From Salpingoeca rosetta (lineage: Eukaryota; Protista; Choanoflagellata): DNA of 35,224 bases. The translations under genes were made by a program, and so were the position numbers. The stretch lies in the NCBI GenBank assembly GCA_033442325.1, contig JAWQFM010000032.1:76413-111636 (forward strand), written 5' to 3'. How positions within the stretch are numbered: the stretch's first letter is position 1; the number at the start of each line of letters is the position of its first letter. The notes under the pieces were generated by a model, which saw only the letters and a program-made list of their open reading frames with translations, searched no databases and was not told where the DNA came from. Positions 1 to 35,224 of this stretch are shown piece by piece.

Positions 1-104
1 TCATGAGAGCGACGACGATATCGATGATGATAATAAAGAGTGTGAGAGGAGAAATACGGTGGCATTGTTACAAGGGTATCGCAAGCGATAAACGAGGGTG
101 TTCT

Positions 105-762
105 TCAAGGACACACAATCACAACGACACCGTCAAGCCGCCATTGAAGAGCAGAGCCGACGAACCAGCGTGGCAACGGCGAGATCCAAGCGAAATCCTT
201 CAATCTGGCTCTCCGCGTCTGCGTGCAGCCGACCCGCTGTTTGTTGTTGCTGTCAGTGTGCATGTGTGTGTGCGCGCGTTTGTGTGTGTGTGTGTGTGTG
301 TGAGTGAGTGAGTGAGTGAGTGAGTGAGTGAGTGTGTGAGTGTGCGTGAGTGAGTGCGTGTGTGTGCGTGAGTGAGTGTGTGTGAGTGAGTGAGTGAGTG
401 AGTGAGTGAGTGAGTGAGTGAGTGAGTGAGTGAGTGTGTGTGTGTTTGTGAGTGAGTGAGTGAGTGAGTGAGTGTGTGTGTGTGTGTGTTTGTGAGTGAG
501 TGAGTGAGTGAGTGTGTGTGTGTGAGTGAGTGAGTGTGTGTTTGCGGTAACCGTGCGACTTGACTTTCAAAACAACAGTGGCAAACACAACCAACCAACA
601 ACAACAACAACCCTCCCTCCCTCCACACACACACACACACACCTTGACAGCGCTGAACATGCGACAGTAGACGTTGTAGACGCTGTTGATCTCTTGCCTC
701 ACGCGACCTGCATAGTCGTGGTGCCGTCCACTACCACCACCACCGCCTCGTCTTCCGCTCAT
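105..762 (-). CDS. Small hypothetical protein, spliced (exon 1 762-643; exon 2 probably from 236; 3' end uncertain)
   Basis: ATG at 762 opens MSGRRGGGGGSGRHHDYAGRVRQEINSVYNVYCRMFSAVK (40 codons), followed directly by a GT donor and a (GT)n...(CA/CACT)n intron. A CAG acceptor at 239-237 gives RVGCTQTRRARLKDFAW... to TGA at 107-105. Other acceptors are possible and no family was recognised. Confidence 0.4.
264..541. repeat. Compound (TG)n/(TGAG)n microsatellite, intronic
   Basis: Directly visible tandem gtgagtga/gtgt units. Confidence 0.95.
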
Positions 763-922
763 TGTCGCTTTGTTGTGCCTTTTTGTGCTTGTTTGGAAAC
801 TGAATTCAGCCCTCACAACTGAATTCAGTTAACAGAGGACAACGCCAGCATCGACTATCGCAACACCGCACACCTTCCACATCCACGCACCACACATCCA
901 CACACAGCGTCGCCTGCGCTGC
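763..922. promoter_or_regulatory. Putative bidirectional promoter with a duplicated palindromic element AACTGAATTCAG
   Basis: 160-bp gap between divergent ATGs (762 minus, 923 plus). AACTGAATTCAG occurs at 798-809 and the perfect 14-bp palindrome AACTGAATTCAGTT at 817-830. Confidence 0.4.
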
Positions 923-2911
<1,989 letters not shown>

Positions 2912-2984
2912 CAGTCAAGGCGATAGAAAGAGGGATCACATGTGCACGATGCTGTTTTGGTGTCGTGCCAATGCCTATCTCACC

Positions 2985-2985
<1 letters not shown>

Positions 2986-3054
<69 letters not shown>
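2986..3054. repeat. (TG)n microsatellite downstream of the CapA-like gene
   Basis: Directly visible. Confidence 0.95.
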
Positions 3055-3056
<2 letters not shown>

Positions 3057-3454
3057 CTCAGTCAGAATGCGACAGCTGATATGCCGCCTGACCCGGTGCT
3101 TTTTTTGGCACAGTGGCAGGAGAGCGTGTTGGTTTTCGACATTCTGGGTTTTTGATGACAACTTCTCCTGAAAGTAAATGACGTTTCGCTCCCCCCCCCC
3201 TGGGACTGTCACCGTCGCTCGCTTGCTTGCAGGCAAGCCTTGACGGTTGATCATGTGAACGAGTTTTTTTTTTAATCGCACACATGCAACGACACTGCCA
3301 AGCACCGAAATGACCCTCAAGCCATGCTCAACGCCAACCACTCAAGCAATAAATACCCATTCTTATATCATCCAAAGCCCAGCCGGCACAACGAGCGCCC
3401 CTATCCTCTGACCATCAACGGAACAACGAATCAACGGATAAACGACTCAAGCAC

Positions 3455-5722
3455 TCAACTACCGCCGCGCCCCGACTGAAACCGCAGCACCTCCCCACCA
3501 TCACCATCGCCATCACCATCACCATCACCATCACCACTATTGTCAGCACTCCGATCACTGCTACCATCGCCAAACATGAACGCCACCCCGCGTATCACGG
3601 TCCCTTCAATCACATTCACACCGTGCCGCCGCCGCCGCCGCCGCTGCTGCTGCTGCTGCTTCGTGCGCTCTCCATTCATTGTGTCAACGACACATCCCCC
3701 ACCATGACCGCCACCACCACCGGTGTCACCGCCACATGCACGACACGCGCCTCTTCTGGCCACCGCAGCACCACAGCGTCGACACACACCGCCCAGGCGT
3801 GCGCAGCCGTCGAAGCTGCAATTGCCATCCTCACCTCCATCAGAATCATCGCCGGACACGTCTTCCCCTTCTCCGCCCTCCGTCGCAGCCGTCACACCAC
3901 GCCATCGCAGATGTCTCTCTCGGCTCCCGCCTGTCTCTACATCACCATCATCACCATCACCATCACCACCATCATCACCATCATCGCCACCACCAACACC
4001 ATCGTCATTATATTCATCACCACCGCCGCCATCGCCACCCCCGAATATGGCGCGTACAGACGAGTTGAGGGATGCTGTTGTGGAGGCTGTTGACAGGGTG
4101 CGCGAGACTGTGGACACGAGCGAGGTGAGCGAGTCCCAGGAGAGCAGGGAGGTTGAGCTGTGCCTTCGCTGGGGACTGCCTGCGGGCAACGGCAGCAAGC
4201 CCTCCTGCCCGCGCTTGACAGGCGTTGTTACTACTTGTTGCTGCTGCTGCTGCTGTGTTTGGTGGTGTTGTGGTGGCTGGTTGTGGTGCGCTGCAACGTG
4301 TGCACGGGGTGCGCTTCCGTCAGCCGGGCACCTGCTTGCAAGCACGTGGTGGCGATCGTCTGGCGTGTAGTGGCTGCGCTGCTGCTGGCGCCGCCTCTGC
4401 CGCTGCCGCTGCAAGTGCTGCAGCCGCTGGTGTTCGCGCCACTCGGCCGCACGCGTCGCCGTGGTGGCCAGCTCGCCGGCGCTGCTGCTGCTGCTGCGGA
4501 GCATCGCAATGGGTGAGGGCGGTGGGGTGGTGCCAAACACATCCCGGTCCTGATCGCGGCCATCGATATTGGCAATGTCAACACCACGATCAGCGCTATC
4601 ACCACGTGCAGAAGTGCGTTGCCGCCCCTTTGTGCGGTGATGCCGGTGACTGCGGTGCCGGCGTTGTGGGTTCGACGCTGGTGGGGCTGCGGGTTGAAGT
4701 ACCGCGTGGCGAGGGTGCGTTGATGGGGAGAGGGGTGCAGTCCAGTGCTTGCGCAGTGTGGTTGGCGACGCAGGCACACCGCCACGTAGTCGCTGCTGAT
4801 GCTTCCGGTGGGGCGGGGATCCTCTCGCCTCGGTTCCTCGCGCGAGGCTCTTCTTCCCATGTCGCTCCAGCTCGTGTTTGCGAGACCGATGCTTGTGATG
4901 GTGCGGCTCATGATCCTGGTGCTGGGGCGGCGACCTGTACTCATACAAGGTGTCACTATTGGGCAAGGAACCGGTGGGCTGGTGCGCGTGCTTGGCCTTT
5001 TCGCGGTCATCACGCCTTTCCAGTTGCAGCTCCTGTTGGCGTCGGCTTTCGTGCCCTTTTGTTGGCGCTCTGCCGGTGTTGTGCGTGTTGCTGGCGTTGT
5101 GGCTGATGTTCTTGCTGCCACCGCTGCCGCTGCCGCTGTCGCTGTTGGTGTTGCTGGTTTCTGTGGTGTGTGAATGATCGTGATTGCAGCTGTGGTTGCG
5201 TTCGCGGTCGTGGCTGTGGTTGCGTTCGCGGTCGTGGCTGGTGTGCTGGAGCTCTGGGTGCTCCGACATGGCGGCGCGCGCGTCTCTGGCTCGCTGCAGC
5301 CGCTGTTGCCACGTGGCGGGAAGATCCTCGGGCGGGTTGCGTTGCGTCAACTTGTTGCGGTGGTCGATAAAGTAGATGTGGCCGTTGCGATCAAACGCCT
5401 GCTCCCACCCGTCAGGCAGCACATCATCGGGCATGACCTTCTTGCGCGGGTCAAACCATGTCGTCTTGCGCGTCACCGTGTTGACGAAAAACACACGGCC
5501 ATCTGTCTTGCTCCTCACCTTGCGCCACTCCTTGGGCAGCTGTCTTCGACTGAACGCGGGAACGCCAGCCATTGAAGACGACCTCGTCGTCGTGGTCGTC
5601 GACGTGGGCACAGCGCTCGACGAACCAGCACTCGACAACGTAGCAGTCGATGGGATGACAGCGGGGCCTACAACACCACCGCCACCACCACTCACACCAC
5701 CACCATCCGTGCTCATCTTCAT
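3455..5722 (-). CDS. Tandem WW-domain protein with a long disordered C-terminus (single ORF; start ATG at 5722 or 5716)
   Basis: WW1 LPKEWRKVRSKTDGRVFFVNTVTRKTTWFDPR (5539-5444) and WW2 LPDGWEQAFDRNGHIYFIDHRNKLTQRNPP (5419-5330). The rest is His/Gln/Ser/Gly/Asp-rich. The upstream in-frame extension to 5938 looks like UTR or promoter. Confidence 0.8.
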   Translation of the reverse strand: MKMSTDGGGVSGGGGGVVGPAVIPSTATLSSAGSSSAVPTSTTTTTRSSSMAGVPAFSRRQLPKEWRKVRSKTDGRVFFVNTVTRKTTWFDPRKKVMPDDVLPDGWEQAFDRNGHIYFIDHRNKLTQRNPPEDLPATWQQRLQRARDARAAMSEHPELQHTSHDRERNHSHDRERNHSCNHDHSHTTETSNTNSDSGSGSGGSKNISHNASNTHNTGRAPTKGHESRRQQELQLERRDDREKAKHAHQPTGSLPNSDTLYEYRSPPQHQDHEPHHHKHRSRKHELERHGKKSLARGTEARGSPPHRKHQQRLRGGVPASPTTLRKHWTAPLSPSTHPRHAVLQPAAPPASNPQRRHRSHRHHRTKGRQRTSARGDSADRGVDIANIDGRDQDRDVFGTTPPPSPIAMLRSSSSSAGELATTATRAAEWREHQRLQHLQRQRQRRRQQQRSHYTPDDRHHVLASRCPADGSAPRAHVAAHHNQPPQHHQTQQQQQQQVVTTPVKRGQEGLLPLPAGSPQRRHSSTSLLSWDSLTSLVSTVSRTLSTASTTASLNSSVRAIFGGGDGGGGDEYNDDGVGGGDDGDDGGDGDGDDGDVETGGSRERHLRWRGVTAATEGGEGEDVSGDDSDGGEDGNCSFDGCARLGGVCRRCGAAVARRGACRACGGDTGGGGGHGGGCVVDTMNGERTKQQQQQRRRRRRHGVNVIEGTVIRGVAFMFGDGSSDRSADNSGDGDGDGDGDGDGGEVLRFQSGRGGS

Positions 5723-5968
5723 ACACAGGGTGAGGCTTGGAAAAAAGGCGAAAATCTTTTGCGAATCGCCATTATCCGTTACAAACCCCGCGAGTGAAGA
5801 AGGAAGGCAACACAACAACACAGCACAACAAACACAACAACTGGCCGCTGCTCGCTTCTTGCTTGTTTGCTTGCTTGCTTGAGTGCTTCTGGGTTGTTTA
5901 TTGGTGCCAGCGAGACACGCATCCATCCCTTTATCCACCCGTGTCCCTGGCGGGGCGACGCGGCAACA

Positions 5969-15313
<9,345 letters not shown>

Positions 15314-16125
15314 CACCCGTGCATACACACGCGCACGCACGCACACACACATTCACACACACACATACACATACACACACACACAACTACAAGGCTGTGC
15401 ACATGCTCAACTGTCCACAAACGGAATACTCATGTCGATGATTGTGTGCTAAACTCTGTAATCATGTCAACTCATACACATGCACATGCACGCGCACATC
15501 GCGTCAGCAAGCAAGTGATGCAATTGAAGAGAAGTCAACACACGGAACTGATGGGTGTGGCAACGTAGCAGAGCACGACGTAAGTTGATATGATGTGACA
15601 ACATTTCCAACGACGCAGCACATTGAACACACCATGTAAGGTCAGGCAATCAAATCGATTCAAACAAATGAGACAAGAAAAGGGAGGAAGGAAACAATAG
15701 CAGGCATGCATGGTGGGGGTCAGCGATGAAAAACGCAGACACCAGAAAGAGGGGGAAGTGACGACGCGACACGACAAAGGTACTGACACGAGAGAGCACC
15801 ATCACCACCGCATATGACTGCGTGCTTCCTTGCGGAGTTGTGCTTGAGCCCGCCTGTCGCGTAGCAATTAACAGTGAGTGCGTGGGACAAGGGAGTGAGT
15901 GAATCAGCTGGCAACCGCACCGCACTGCACGTAAATCCTGGTTAAATTGTGGAGACTGCACGTACGTAACCCCCCCCCCACACACACACACGCACAGACA
16001 GACAGACACACACACACGCGCACACACCCTCTCCTCTCCCCCCCCCCCCTGGTTTTCGCTCGGCTCGCGCCAGTGCATGCCACTCACGGAGAGTCGGTGC
16101 CGGTTGATGTAAGGGAGGCCTGCGT

Positions 16126-16641
16126 TCATTGCAACTCGGGAGGCGTGGGTGCCTTGGGGTGCTTGGCCTGGAAGTGAGACTTGTACACGCTCTTGTCAGA
16201 CATGGGTGCCTGTCGGAGGACAGAGAGCAAGAACGACAGAACAAAAGTGTGGAGAGCAAACAGAGGATTGGGTAAGAGCGCGGCGGTGTCGAAGGTGAGC
16301 TCAACTACGACGAGTACACACAACACAACACAACACAAACACAACAAACACGACACAAACACAACACAAACACGACACGACACAACACAACACGACACAA
16401 ACACAACACAACACGACACAAACACAACACAACACGACACAAACACGACACAAACACAACACAACACAACACAACACAACACAACACAACAAACTTCAAA
16501 ACACACCCTGCACACGCTGCAGACGAGCTTGAGCTGAGCGGCGCGCGCGGCCTTGTGGTCGTGCTTGGAGCTGCCCTTCAGCTTCTGGTTCTTCTTGGCG
16601 GCCTTCTCCTTGGCCTGTTGCTTGGCAAGTCCGCGAGACAT
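16126..16641 (-). CDS. ZNF706: ZNF706-like small protein (4F5/SERF-type N-terminus plus one C2H2 finger), 72 aa; exons 16641-16507 and 16209-16126
   Basis: Spliced product MSRGLAKQQAKEKAAKKNQKLKGSSKHDHKAARAAQLKLVCSVCR|APMSDKSVYKSHFQAKHPKAPTPPELQ fits the ZNF706 family pattern M.RG.QK...C.VC......K.HFE.KHPK.P.PPEL. Phase-0 GT-AG intron. Confidence 0.9.
   Translation of the reverse strand: MSRGLAKQQAKEKAAKKNQKLKGSSKHDHKAARAAQLKLVCSVCRVCFEVCCVVLCCVVLCCVCVVFVSCCVVFVSCCVVFVSCCVVSCRVCVVFVSCLLCLCCVVLCVLVVVELTFDTAALLPNPLFALHTFVLSFLLSVLRQAPMSDKSVYKSHFQAKHPKAPTPPELQ
16310..16492. repeat. Degenerate (ACAAC/ACGAC/ACAAAC)n satellite inside the ZNF706-like intron
   Basis: Directly visible 5-6 nt units. 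Confidence 0.85.
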
Positions 16642-16967
16642 GGCTGTTGGTTGGTTTGGCTGACCGACTGGAAGATTGACAGGAGAGAGAGAGGAACAAG
16701 GTGGTGTGGCGTGTTCTATGGCGTGGTCTTTGTATCTGTGGGGGTGGGCGCGCGTGTGTGGAAAATGGACTCAACCACCAACCAACACCATCGTGTGTCG
16801 TGTCGCAAATTCTTGCTACTTTTTGTGATGTTGTCTTTGTGCATTTCCGCCGTCGCTTGCCGCGCCCCACCACGCTTGTCCTGCCAGCCTTCCTGTGACG
16901 CCCTTGCTTGTGATCGCGCTTGGTTTGTTGGCTGCCGTGGTTGGTTGTTGGGGTTGGTCGAATGAGG

Positions 16968-24876
<7,909 letters not shown>

Positions 24877-25354
24877 CCATCCTGCGGCTTTGATGGATGA
24901 GCGAGAACCACGTGGTCTCAGGCGAGTTACATGTGACGACAGCCACGGACCGCGAGAGTGGCTGCTGGTCGGGTATTGGTGTTTGGTGTGATGGGAATGC
25001 TATGTTGCTGCTTTGCATCGCAAGCTTGAGCGGCTGCTGTTCCGGGGTGTAGCTTGTGTCGTGTTGTGTGTGTATGTGTGTGAGTGCCAATGTTAAAAGC
25101 TTTTTCACGTTGCTGTCAGTTGTGTATTCCCCACAATGTCATGTCACAATGCTGCCAATGACTGTTGCTGCTTTAATCAACCTTAACAGCACCGCGTGGC
25201 TGGGTGTGGTAATTGACCATAAACACAAACAAACTCAAGCCCATTGGTTGGTCAGCAATGAGCACCCGACAGCTCCCAAACAAAACATTGCTAAGATCAC
25301 GCACGCGTAAACAAGGTAACACACACACACACACATCGTCCCTCAAACCCATCG

Positions 25355-35078
<9,724 letters not shown>

Positions 35079-35224
35079 CTGCAAGCACGCAAGGGGAAAT
35101 GTACGTGTGTGTGTCTGTGTGTGTGTCTGTGTGTGTGTGTGTGTGTGTCTGTGTCGTGTGTGTCTGTGTGTGTGTGTGTGTGTCGTGTGTGTCTGTGCGT
35201 GTGTGTGTCGTGTCGTCGTGTGTG

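Noticed and set aside
2-91. Plus-strand acidic reading frame HESDDDIDDDNKE...RKR* as the 3' end of an upstream gene
   Set aside because: Too short, at the window edge, and no family motif; cannot be supported.
5723-5938. N-terminal extension of the 827-aa WW ORF with a hydrophobic Cys-rich stretch
   Set aside because: Its start is not an ATG, it derives from CAA/CAC-rich promoter-like sequence, and it would nearly abut the divergent GCP6-like start.

Overview
Eukaryotic, intron-rich, microsatellite-laden genomic DNA. The GT-AG introns are about 120-420 nt and full of (GT)n/(CA)n, and the exons carry poly-Q/G/D runs. The style and gene content point to a choanoflagellate such as Salpingoeca rosetta (inference, not verified). 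Manual splicing, with intron phases checked at every junction, gives seven genes. (1) A small unknown minus-strand gene. (2) An intronless bacterial-type CapA/PGA_cap metallophosphatase. (3) A tandem-WW-domain protein. (4) A 20-exon gamma-tubulin complex component, GCP6-like. (5) A 72-aa ZNF706/4F5-type zinc-finger protein. (6) A 17-exon FN3-containing receptor tyrosine kinase with an InsR-like kinase domain. (7) The 3' 22 exons of a very large type I membrane receptor. Gene 7 is the most striking object. It joins animal-type modules (MAM, three MMP2/9-like FN2, MEGF10/Draper-like EGF repeats, mucin stalk) to two bacterial-type modules (DNRLRE/CBM96-like and lamin-tail-like). Its cytoplasmic tail has YxxM, NPxW and a sortilin/M6PR-type acidic-cluster dileucine-like end. 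All domain calls come from motif recognition by eye; no database search was run.
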